Part shown: positions 45,010-56,100 of the stretch, piece after piece
Numbering within the stretch: position 1 is the first letter of the stretch
Layout: each line of letters begins with the position of its first letter
IMG/VR virus record: IMGVR_UViG_3300031344_000001
Strand: one strand, 5' to 3'
DNA from: a virus
Lineage: Duplodnaviria; Heunggongvirae; Uroviricota; Caudoviricetes
Length of the DNA stretch: 64,000 nucleotides
Translations under genes and position numbers: made by a program
The notes under the pieces: model-generated
The model's database searches: none
What the model was told of the DNA's origin: nothing
What the model saw: the letters and a program-made list of their open reading frames with translations, nothing else

Positions 45010-47922
45010 GTCTCGGTTGTTAACCAACCGAGCGGGTACGATCATAGGGTGTCCCTTAGAGCCTTAGACAGTGCAGTAGCTTCCTGTCTCAGCCGTCAAC
45101 CGGCTGAGCAAGTGCGACCAAGGGCCTCGGGCCTCGGGCTTGTGCCCCTCGGGCCTCGGGCCTCGGGGGTCGGGGAGAATGCACGGACTCCCACTCGTCT
45201 CGGGCGTCGACCGACCGAGCAAGTCTTGCGGTTTGCGGTGTGCCGGTGTGCCGGTGTGCCGGTGTGCCGTGTGCCGTTGCTCAAGTCCCGGTCGTCAACC
45301 GGCCGAGTGACCGAGTCTCATGGCACTGCGCTGTAATCCCCTTGCTGTCTCGGTCGTCAACCGACCAAGCAGGTACTCTCGCTACATGCACATGCGCGCA
45401 CTGGCACTCACTGACGTCAACCGTCCGTCTGAGCGTCTGAGCTGCAACAAGCTCAAGGCTGGTCTCGGACGTCAACCGTCCGAGCAGGCGCGATCACTCC
45501 GAAGCTCCGTAGGCATAGCTGTCTCGGACGTCGGACGTCAACCGTTCGAGCAGGTGTCGATCATCCGCACGAGTGTCGAGTGTCGAGTGTCGAGCGCAAA
45601 CTCGGGATTCTCTGTCTCGGACGTCAACCGTCCGAGCAGGTGCGATCACCTACCAGGGTGAGAGATGGAAACAATCTCCGTCTCGGGCGTCAACCGTCCG
45701 AGCAGGTGCGATCACTCTCATAGATCACGTGCTCCAGCCTCCAGCCTCCAGCCTCCAGCCTCCAGCCTCCAGACGTCGGATCAGGCTCGTCTCGGACGTC
45801 AACCGTCCGAGCAGGTGCGATCACCTGCCCCCCTGCCCCCCGCAGAGGCCGCAGAGGCGCAAGAACTCTCTCGCCAGTCTCGGACGTCAACCGTCCGAGC
45901 AGGTGCGATCACAGGCAGGTTCTCGCCTGGCTCCCGGCTCCCGGCTCCCGGCTCCACCTAACCAAGGTGTCTCGGACGTTAACCGTCCGAGCAGGTGCGA
46001 TCACCCGCTCGCTGAGCGTGAGCGTGAGCGGCCGATCGTAGCGGGTGTCTCGGACGTCAACCGTCCGAGCAGGTGCGATCACACGCGAGCATCGGGTGGC
46101 GCTGGCCCTCTCTAAACAATGCGTCTCGGACGTCAATCGTCCGAGCAGGTGCGATCATCTTCTGGACGCACGACGACAGATTCGGGATTCGGGTTGGCCC
46201 AGTCTCGGACGTTAACCGTCCGAGCCGCATCCCATGCGGCAGCGGCCCGATCCCTTGTCTCGGACGTCAACCGTCCGAGCAGGTGCGATCACCTCGCACG
46301 GGCGCGCGAGCCGTGAGGCCGTGAGCCGTCGATCGAGCTCAAGTCTCGGACGTCAACCGTCCGAGCAGGTGCGATCACTTGTGCGCGCGCATGCCGCGGG
46401 CGGCGGGCGGCGCGTGGTCTCGAACGTCAACCGTCCGAGCAGGTGCGATCACACGACGACGAATCAGCAGGCAAGGATAACTGCTGGTCTCGGACGTCAA
46501 CCGTCCGAGCAGGTGCGATCACAGGGGACGGACATCTTCGTGTTCGATCTTGGCACGCCTCGACCTCGAGCCACCTATAGTCTCGGACGTCAACCGTCCG
46601 AGCAGGTGCGATCACAAGCCACCCGCGACGCCTACGCGATGGAGCGTCGAGTCTCGGACGTCAACCGTCCGAGCGTCCGAGCAGGTGCGATCACACGCGC
46701 TGTACATCGGCCCCGGCGAGAAGTTCCGGTCTCGGACGTCAACCGTCCGAGCAGGTGCGATCACACGCGACCCGTGACCCGTTGCGCGAACGCGCGAACG
46801 GAACGGCCGGCTCCTCGTCTCGGACGTCAACCGTCCGAGCAGGTGCGATCACGCTCGGCGGCCAGCTGATCAGCACGCGCGATCGCTTGTCTCGGACGTC
46901 AACCGTCCGAGCAGGTGCGATCACAATTGGCGATCAGTTGCGCGCGGCTGCGCGCTCGTCTCGGACGTCAACCATCCGAGCAGGTGCGATCACCCGCAGT
47001 TCGGGCAGGGAGCGTCCTCAAAGATCTGTCTGTCTCGGACGTCAACCGTCCGAGCAGATGCGATCACCTTCGACCGGTAGCGCGAGCGCTCGGGTACTTG
47101 TGGTCTCGGACGTCAACCGTCCGAGCAGGTGCGATCACGCGTCTCGACGGGGTAGCGCACCGAAATGGTCCGGGTCTCGGACGTCAACCGTCCGAGCAGG
47201 TGCGATCACGAGGTCAGCCGGTGTCCCAAATGCGGCGCCTTCGGGTCTCGGACGTCAACCGTCCGAGCAGGTGCGATCACTTGTGACGCATGTGCTCGCG
47301 GCTGGCAGCACTCAGTCTCGGACGTCAACCGTCCGAGCAGGTGCGATCACAGGATCACGCGCGTCGCCTCGTTAATCAGTCCGTCGTCTCGGACGTCAAC
47401 CGTCCGAGCAGGTGCGATCATGCGAGAGCCGTGCCCGTCTGAATCACGATCTCCCAGCGTCTCGGACGTCAACCGTCCGAGCAGGTGCGATCACCGGCCG
47501 GGCGAAGCTTACCCGTTCAACTATCGAGTGTGGTCTCGGACGTCAACCGTCCGAGCAGGTGCGATCACAGGTGCCGCCTTTTGCTGCGTGTACAGGCGTT
47601 GGCTGTCTCGGACGTCAACCGTCCGAGCAGGTGCGATCACTCACCCATCGGACTGGCCAGTCCCTGGAGATCGGGTCTCGGACGTCAACCGTCCGAGCAG
47701 GTGCGATCACACGTCGTGACCGATCTAGCGATGACTAATCGGTTCGTCTCGGACGTCAACCGTCCGAGCAGGTGCGATCACCCTCGGCGCTGCGCGTAGC
47801 TGGTCTGCCCGTCTAGTCTCGGACGTCAACCGTCCGAGCAGGTGCGATCACTCGCAGCAGGCGATCCTCAAGCTGGCGCGGCCGATGTCTCGGACGTCAA
47901 CCGTCCGAGCAGGTGCGATCAC
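45010..47922 (-). CRISPR. CRISPR array B, about 39 x 36-nt repeats
   Basis: + strand GTCTCGGACGTCAACCGTCCGAGCAGGTGCGATCAC; minus strand GTGATCGCACCTG-CTCGGACG-GTTGA-CGTCCGAG-AC; ~34-37 nt spacers near 47.9 kb, degenerate toward 45.0 kb, so the leader is on the right. Confidence 0.97.
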
Positions 47923-48071
47923 CGGAGTTTCTTATTCAGTTGTCAAAGAAGGCACTTGCATCCTTCGATGCAGGCACCGGTAGCTTTACTCCACGCTCGT
48001 GCGTGTCGCGAGGGAGGACCCCTCTGAATGCTGCTGTACGGCCTGAGGTTTCGGGGGCGCATGAACCTCTT

Positions 48072-50009
48072 CTACGCGGCACGCCGCACCTGCGGCACCG
48101 GACCGCTCGACAAGCCGTGCCTGTGGAGGAGGTTGCGCGCGGCGTTCGCGTCCTGGTCCCAGGTCCGAATGCACGACGAGCAGGTGTGCTCGATCGAGGC
48201 TGCCGCGTCGAACGCCTCGACCGAGCCGCACCACGCGCACGCCTTGGTCGAGTCCGCGGCCTGCTCGGCCTCGACGCGGGCGCCGCGTTTGGGGGCGGCC
48301 TTGAGGATCTCGGCGCGAAGCTCGCCGGGAGCTGCAAGGCGGCTCATGCGGCGCTGCTCGCGCCCGTCGGACGGGTCGCCGTCCTCCGGCGCGGGCTGCT
48401 CCCAGCCGTCGACCTCGGTGAGCTTCATCGAGGTGTCGTGGTTCGACCCGCTCTCGATCAGGATCGTCGCGTAGCGGGCGGTGAGCTCGGCGGCGATCAC
48501 GCGCCACACCTCACGGCGGTGGGCGATCAAGCGATCGCGCTGGTGCTCCTCCCAGTTCTGGAGGTGTCGATCTTGGCGCGCCCACGCCTGGAGCACGGCG
48601 AGGATCGGACCGTCGCCGTCGATGCGGTTGGCCGTCGAGCCGAAGTCCGAAGGGTTGCACTTCTTGCCCTCGGCGCGAGCGACGCGCCAGGCGTCCCAGT
48701 CGATCCCAGTCCAAGCGTCGACGAGGGAGGCGAGCTTGCGGGGGGCGCGCCACTGCGCCAGGCTGCCGACGCGCTCGGCCATCCACGCGGGGGTCTCCCG
48801 GTCGAGCAGCCAGGCCGCGAGGCGGTCGCGCGCGGTCTCGAACTCCTTGTCGCGGATCGACGCCAGGTCGTGGACCTTGGCCATTCCCGTCAGCAGATCG
48901 TCGGGCACACGGATCTCGCGCTCGTGCCCGTGCTCGTCGACGAGGTAACCAACGCGCAGACCGACCTGCACGCCCTGGGCGTCGAACAGCCGCCGCCAGC
49001 CCAGGTCGATCGCGCAGGTCCCCTCGCCGATCGCCACCGGGCAGGCACGAAAGCGCTCGCTCTCGAGCGTGAGCTGGAACCTCCACTCGTAGTGACGGCC
49101 GACGCGCTTGCGCACGACGTACGCCCACTTGATCACCGCGTCCTTCGGGATGGGTCGGTGGAGGGTGAGGGGGAAGCGCGCGAAGATCGGCTTCCGGTCA
49201 GGGTGGCTGCCGACGCGCAGGTCGACGTACGTCCGTGCCGCGTGACGGCGCAGGTTGCGCGGGAGGCACGCGGCCTCCTCCCACGTGGCGCACGCTCCGA
49301 CCTCGGCGCGCGGGTGCTTGTCGGCGAGACCAGGGGTCCCCAGCCGGAGCCGGGAGTCCTGCTGCGACAGCAGCTCGCTGACGGTCATGCCGTAGATTCC
49401 CGGGGCGCCGTCGCGCGCGATGAGCTGCGTGCCGATCGATCCGGTCCCGTCGTAGCGCTCGAAGTGGAGCGGGCGCTTCGCCGTCTTGACGGCCTGCTTG
49501 ACCGAGTTCTCGACGCGGTCGTAGGTGCCGGTGCGCAGTCCTCGCTCGATGAAGGCGCGGCGGGCCTCCTTGCGGCGCAGCGCCGTGAGCGCGCGCGCGG
49601 CCTCGTAGCCCGGCTGGAGCTGCGCCGCGCGAGACGCCTTGGCCTCGCGCAGCTCCGCGCCGCACAGGGCGCGGAGGTCCTTGGCGCGGGCGAGCACCTC
49701 GCGCTCCGCCGTCAGGTCCGGGGCAGCGACGCCGGACTTCGCGGCCCGCAGGTCGTCGTAGGCGTCGTCGACGGCACCCGCCGCGTCCTCGTAGTCGCGG
49801 AGGGCCGCACCGACGATCGGATCCGCGAGCTGGACGCCGCGGAGGTCGTCCCAGAGCTTGTGCTCGATCTCGACGAGCGTGTTGCGGTACTGGTGCGCGA
49901 GGCGGAACTGCTCTTCGACGCGGTTCACCTCGGTGATCGGAGGCAGGCAGCGGTACGAGTAGATCCGGGTCGGGACGTCGGAAGTCTTCTTCCTGGGCTG
50001 TCGCGGCAT
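48072..50009 (-). CDS. cas12m: Cas12m-like (type V-U1/V-M) effector 1 with intact RuvC D-E-D triad (645 aa)
   Basis: RYDGTGSIGTQL, HRPIPKDAVIKWA.VVRKRVG, RuvC-I AIDLGWR, QWRAPRKLASL, RuvC-II ILIES, LAAPGELR, CAWC..CSSC zinc finger, RuvC-III WDQDANAARNLL; directly upstream of array B; ATG 50009 preferred over 50081. Confidence 0.85.
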   Translation of the reverse strand: MPRQPRKKTSDVPTRIYSYRCLPPITEVNRVEEQFRLAHQYRNTLVEIEHKLWDDLRGVQLADPIVGAALRDYEDAAGAVDDAYDDLRAAKSGVAAPDLTAEREVLARAKDLRALCGAELREAKASRAAQLQPGYEAARALTALRRKEARRAFIERGLRTGTYDRVENSVKQAVKTAKRPLHFERYDGTGSIGTQLIARDGAPGIYGMTVSELLSQQDSRLRLGTPGLADKHPRAEVGACATWEEAACLPRNLRRHAARTYVDLRVGSHPDRKPIFARFPLTLHRPIPKDAVIKWAYVVRKRVGRHYEWRFQLTLESERFRACPVAIGEGTCAIDLGWRRLFDAQGVQVGLRVGYLVDEHGHEREIRVPDDLLTGMAKVHDLASIRDKEFETARDRLAAWLLDRETPAWMAERVGSLAQWRAPRKLASLVDAWTGIDWDAWRVARAEGKKCNPSDFGSTANRIDGDGPILAVLQAWARQDRHLQNWEEHQRDRLIAHRREVWRVIAAELTARYATILIESGSNHDTSMKLTEVDGWEQPAPEDGDPSDGREQRRMSRLAAPGELRAEILKAAPKRGARVEAEQAADSTKACAWCGSVEAFDAAASIEHTCSSCIRTWDQDANAARNLLHRHGLSSGPVPQVRRAA

Positions 50010-50018
50010 CCGTGAATG

Positions 50019-50046
50019 GCTAACAGGATGATAGACGTTTTGCAAG
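50019..50046 (-). promoter_or_regulatory. 28-bp upstream element of effector 1 (putative promoter/operator)
   Basis: Minus strand CTTGCAAAACGTCTATCATCCTGTTAGC, identical at 60316-60343; TTGCAA-N17-TAGCCA would place +1 at about the ATG 50009. Confidence 0.7.
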
Positions 50047-50112
50047 GCTTCGTGACGGCGGTCCCCCTGGGACAGAGTCACTACCCCGGAGCGTACACGG
50101 CGTCCGATTCAC

Positions 50113-53100
50113 GTCGAGACCACTGCGAGGTCTCGCATCGATCGCGTGATCGCCTGTTGGTCGAGGTTTCACATCGATCGTGCCGCCTTGCCGTGCCAGG
50201 TGAGCAAGCGCTTGCACACGTCGAGACCACAGCGAGGTCTCGCATCGATCGCACCAACCTGAAATCGTCGGCGCCTTCATCCGGACGATTCGTCGGTCGG
50301 TTGAGACCACAGCGAGGTCTCGCGTCTCGCATCGATTGTGCCGAGAGTCGGCGCGGAGTTCTACGTTGACTTCTTCGGGTCGAGACCACCGCGAGGTCTC
50401 GCATCGATCAGGCCCGGCAATTTCATTGGCCGGAACTCCCAGTACCGGCTGGTCGAGACCACCGCAAGGTCTCGCATCGATCCCAGCCCAAATGTGAATC
50501 CGTCGAGACCACCGCGAGGTCTTGCATCGATCATCGATTGGGCCTCCCGCCCGCTCGCCAGCTCGCCGGGTTAGCAGTGGTCTCGACGAGCGGATCTACC
50601 GCGAGGTCTCGCATTGATCGTACCCCTTTTCCCTCGCCGTTTTCGCGGTCGTTGAGACCACTGCGCGCTGCGAGGTCTCGCAGCGATCGGGCCGAGCGGC
50701 CGAGCGGCCGAACGGAGCTGCCCCCAGCTCACGCGCTCGTAGGCTGATCGACCGGCTCGTCGAGACCGCCGCGAGGTCTCGCATCGATCGTGGCACTTCT
50801 TCGGGACCATACCCGTCACCTTGAGGAGAACTCGTCGAACCTCGTCGAGACCACCGTGGTCTCGCATCGATCGTGCCAATCGATTCGCGCAACGTCGATC
50901 GTGTCTGATTCGACGAGCTCGGGGCGAAGCGGTCGAGACCACAGCGAGGTCTCGCATCGATCATGCCTGTGGTGACGAAAAGGGCTGACAACGGTGACCT
51001 GTGGGTCGAGACCACAGCGAGGTCTCGCATCGATCGTGCGTCGGTGACTTGCTTCGATCGTGTCTTTGTCGGGGGCTTGCGCGAAACTTGGACCATGGGC
51101 AGTCGAGACCACAGCAAGGTCTCGCATCGATCACACCTGCGAACGGCGAGCTTCACAGTCAAGACGGCGCGCATTGATCTTGGCAGGCTTCAAGTTTCAA
51201 GTCCCTCGTGCGCCTTATCGTCCGTATCGTCGCGTTCTGGTCGAGACCATCGCGAGGTCTCGCATCGATTGCACCAGGGCTGCTCTGTGCCCTGGGGGCA
51301 TGCTCGGTGCTCGGCTGCTCGTCGAGACCCCTGCAAGGTCTCGCACTGACCGGAACTGATTCGCAACCACCTGTCGAGACCACCGCAAGGTCTCGCATCG
51401 ATTGTGCCGTTTGTACGTGAGGTTGATGAGGGGACGTCGAGAGTCGAGACCACCGCTCCTCATGGCAGCGTCGGGGTGGACCAACGACCAACGGTCGAGA
51501 CCACCGTGAGGTCTCGCATTGATCGTGCCCCCTTCTTGGGCCAGCAGGCGTCCTCCGTCAAGTGGTCGAGACCACAGCACAGCGAGGTCTCGCATCGATC
51601 GCGCCTCGATATCGCGCGGGCGCGCGGTGGTGGCTCAATGCTCAATGTTGTCGAGACCGTAGATGACCTGCGGCATTGCGGCACATTGAGCGTGGTCGAG
51701 ACCACAGCGAGGTCTCGCATCGATTGTGTCACTCGGCGATCTCGTTGTCCGTACCCCGTCGCCGCAGTCGAGACCACAGCGAGGTCTCGCATCGATTGTG
51801 CCCGACCTCGTGATTCGTGATTCGACGTGAGGATGGAGATCCCGGTGTCGAGATCTCGCGTCGATTGTGCCGTGGACGCCAAGTGGAGCGAGAGCCTTGG
51901 TAAAGCTGTCGAGACCACCGCGAGGTCTCGCATCGATCGTGCCAAGTAGGCTGCACATGAGTCGATGGCCGTTCGGCGTGTCGAGACCACCGCGAGGTCT
52001 CGCATCGATCGAGCTTGCGCACAGGTTTTCGAGACCACCGCGAGGTCTCGCATCGATCGTGCCGTGAAGACGTAGTCCCCGCGCGGCGGACTCGCATTGT
52101 CGAGACCACCGCGAGGTCTCGCATCGATTGTGCCCGTCAGCCCAAGCACCCTGTCGCGCTGGGAGTCGAGACCACCGCGAGGTCTCGCATCGATTGTGCC
52201 GCCTAGGCGCAGGCGTCTCACCTACGCAATCGCTAAGTCGAGACCACCGAGGTCTCGCATCGATCGTGCCGGGGGGCCGGGGATCGTCGACCGTCGGCCC
52301 AACTGCGGACAGTCTAGGCGAGACCACAGCGAGGTCTCGCATCGATCGTGCCCAGCGCTTGCTCGCTTCCTCTTCGCGCGCCGATGACGACGTGTTGCGG
52401 CGGTAACAGGTAACAGGTGCGCACCGGGTGTTTGGGTCGAGACCACAGCGAGGTCTCACATCGATTGTGCCCCGGCTAAGCTGAAGAACCGTGACCCCAA
52501 ACTACGGCGAGTCGAGACCACAGCGAGGTCTCGCATTGATTGTGCCCCGTGACCAGGCTCGAGTACGTCAGCTTCAGCACCGTAGGGTCGAGACCACAGC
52601 AAGGTCTCGCATCGATTGTGCCAGCCTCAGGCTCCGCGTCCTGCTATTCCCGTTCGTCCAAGTCGAGACCAGCGCGGTCTCGCATCGATTGTGCCACGTG
52701 CCACGCGAGCCGCATCCCAGCCGTCAGGGTGTCGAGACCACCGCGAGGTCTCGCATCGATTGATTGTGACGCCGTGCAGCGCGCCAAGAATCGGGGCGAT
52801 GCCAGTGTCGAGACCACCGAGGTCTCGCATCGATTGTGCCGTACCGCCGCGAGCGCGCCTTGACCGACGTAGAGCGTGTCGAGACCACCGCGAGGTCTCG
52901 CGTCTCGCATCGATTGTGCCGCGACACTCGCCGAAGTCGACCTCCGATCCCGACCCTGTCGAGACCACCGCGAGGTCTCGCATCGATTGTGCCTCCGCAC
53001 CGTGCGCTGCGCGCTTCGGTGTCGTCTGGTCGAGACCACCGCGAGGTCTCGCATCGATTGTGCCTGCCGGCCTGCCGGCCTGCCGGCATCGCGCCGACGT

Positions 53101-56100
53101 CGTGGACGTGGGCACACCCGTCGTCGAGACCCCCGCGAGCACAGCACCGATCGTCAACTGGTCGAGACCACCGCGAGGTCTCGCATTGATTGTGACCGCT
53201 CGGGTCACCCACCATCTGCCGTGACACGATCTTGTCGAGACCACCGCGAGGTCTCGCATCGATTGTGCCGACGGACGCGGACGTCGTCGAGAAATGTCGG
53301 CCCTTGTCGAGACCACCGCGAGGTCTCGCATCGATCATCGATCGTGCCTTGCCACGACTACGCATGTGGCTCGGCGGGTCTGCGCGTGGGGCCACACCTC
53401 GGACTGGTCGAGACCACCGCGAGGTCTCGCATCGATCATGCCGTTACCTGCTAAGACGGTAAGCAGGGAGGTCGTCGAGACCACTGCGAGGTCTCGCAGC
53501 GATCGTGCCCGTGAGGTCTCGCCCCTGCGACGTTGGGATCGGTCGTTGGTCGAGACTACCGCAAGGTCTCGCATCGATCGTGCCGCAACAGAATTCGTGA
53601 CGGCGCCGATACTCGGAGCGGTCGAGACCACCGCGAGGTCTCGCAGCGATCGTGCCCAGGCATCTATCAAGGCTACGCTTGCACGGGCGCTCGTCGAGAC
53701 CACCGCAAGGTCTCGCATCGATCGTGCCCTTTGCTGTCATGTGTCCTCTTCTTCCTTCTTCCTTGCAGGTTGTCGAGACCATCGCGAGGTCTCGCATCGA
53801 TCGTGCCGCGCGGTCGCGCCGTCGCGCGGGACGCGATGCTGTAGTCGAGACCACCGCGAGGTCTCGCATCGATCGTGCCGCTCGCGTAGCGAGGTGCCAA
53901 CGGCGTTCTTACGAGGTCGAGACCACCGCGAGGTCTCGCATCGATCGTGCCGCCCAGGAGCGTCAGAGTGTCGACCATTTCGCCGTGTCGAGACCACCGC
54001 GAGGTCTCGCATCGATCGTGCCGTTCAACCCGCACTCGGGCAAGCACAAGACGCTCGGTCGAGACCACCGCCGTGACGGATGAGCCTGTTGCTGTTGGGC
54101 AGGCCTACGTCGTATTGGTCGAGACCACCGCGAGGTCTCGCATCGATCGTGCCCTGGCTGTCCTTAAGACGAGGCCCCTATGGACCGAGAGTCGAGACCA
54201 CCGCGAGGTCTCGACCACATGGCTCCGGCTCTGGTCGAGACCACCGCGAGGTCTCGCATCGATCGTGCCGTCTCCACGTTCACGCCGCCCTCCCACGCGA
54301 GCCAGTCGAGACCACCGCGCGGTCTCGCATCGATCGTGCCGTGCCACGTGCCACGTGCCACAGCAGCAGCGAGCCCAGACTAGACAGTTCGTCGAGACCA
54401 CCGGGAGGTCTCGCATCGATCGTGCCAGTCGGTCGCTTGACCATGGCTAACCTCAAAAATGTGTCGAGACCACCGCGAGGTCTCGCATCGGTCGTGCCCT
54501 CGATACGGACCCGAGAAACGGAAACTGGTTTTTCAGTCGAGACCACCGCGAGGTCTCTCATCGATCGTGCCGGCCAAGTCTTCCTCGGTCGTCGAGCGCC
54601 CGCCGGCCTTGTCGAGACCGCCGCGAGGTCTCGCATCGATCGTCGATCGTGCCCTCTTGTAGACCCAGCCGTGTAGCCGATAGAGCTGCTTGTCGAGACC
54701 ACCGCGAGGTCTCGCATCGATCGTGCCGTCTCGTCGCTCGCCATGCTCGCCGGCACACCGAACCCGTCGAGACCACCGCGAGGTCTCGCATCGATCGTGC
54801 TCCCAGGCGAGCGAGTCGAGGTAGTCGCGGACCGGGTGGGTCGAGACCACCGCGAGGTCTCGCATCGATCGTGCCGCACGCGGGCGCGCGCTCGGTGTCG
54901 TTGACCGTTGACCGAGGAGGTCGAGACCACCGCGAGGTCTCGCATCGATCGTGCCGCCGTGCAATTGCGGACGGCCGATCTACTTCCGGTGGTCGAGACC
55001 ACCGCGAGGTCTCGCAATCGATCGTGCCGGTCGAGAGTGCGTGACCGAAAACACGGAACCGGAGGCTGGTCGAGACCACCACGAGGTCTCGCATCGATCG
55101 TGCCGTACAGGTTCGCCGTGGTGCCCTTGGGCGCACCGTAGTCGAGACTACCACGTCATAGCGGCCGTCGAGACCACCGCGAGGTCTCGCATTGATCGTG
55201 CCGCGACCTCGTCGAGGTGCCGCTCGTCGTTCATTCTTGTCGAGACCACCGCGAGGTCTCGCATCGATCGTGCCTTGCCTAGCCGCCGAGGCGTTCGGCG
55301 ACAAGACAGCGGGTCGAGACCACCGCGAGGTCTCGCATCGATCGTGCCGCGGCCGGGCAGGAGGGCAGGAAGTTGAACGTCGAGTCAACTTTGTCGAGAC
55401 CACCGCGAGGTCTCGCATCGATCGTGCCGAACGCCGAACACTGCTGAGCGGCAGGCGATACTCCTAGGGCAGTCGAGACCACCGCGAGGTCTCGCATCGT
55501 CGCATCGCTCGTGCCTGCAACGCGCGGTTCGCTCAGCGGGGGTTGGAGGTGGTCGAGACCACTGCGAGGTCTCGCATCGATCGTGCCCGCGACTCGTTCG
55601 TCGTTCGCCGCGTCGGCCGTAGTGCGCCGGGTCGAGACCACTGCGAGGTCTCGCATCGATCGTGCCACGCGCGCCAAGTCGGTCCAACTAAGAGCCCCAA
55701 TCGTTGTCGAGACCACCGCGAGGTCTCGCATCGATCGTGCCCAGCCGACCGAATTCGCCACTGCATTTACGACGCTGTGTCGAGACCACCGAGAGGTCTC
55801 GCATCGATCGTGCCGAACGCGGGCGCGTCGGGCTCGAGTTCGTTCCATTGGTCGAGACCACCGCGAGGTCTCGCATCGATCGTGCCGCGCGCATCGTGCG
55901 GCAAGCGTGCGGCAAGCGTGCGGCATGAGCTTGTCGAGACCGCCGCGAGGTCTCGCATCGATCGTGCCTTATCGTCGGACTTGCCGATCCCGAGCTGCCC
56001 TTTTGTCGAGATCACTAGGTCTCACATCGATCGTGCCGGTTATGGCGCCCTCGTTGTCGCAGTGCCCGTTCTCGTCGAGACCACCGCGAGGTCTCGCATC

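Noticed and set aside
47923-48071. tracrRNA or anti-repeat near the effectors
   Set aside because: No extended complement to either repeat was found in 47923-48071, 50047-50112 or 58008-58312. The only inverted half-repeat (50577) is better explained as a local inversion. A short TGCATC/GATGCA hairpin near 47956-47971 is unassigned.
47913-50015. 700-aa + strand ORF, and the 676-aa ORF at 58298..60328
   Set aside because: Antisense shadows of the two cas12m-like genes; no recognisable motifs, as expected in ~70% GC DNA.
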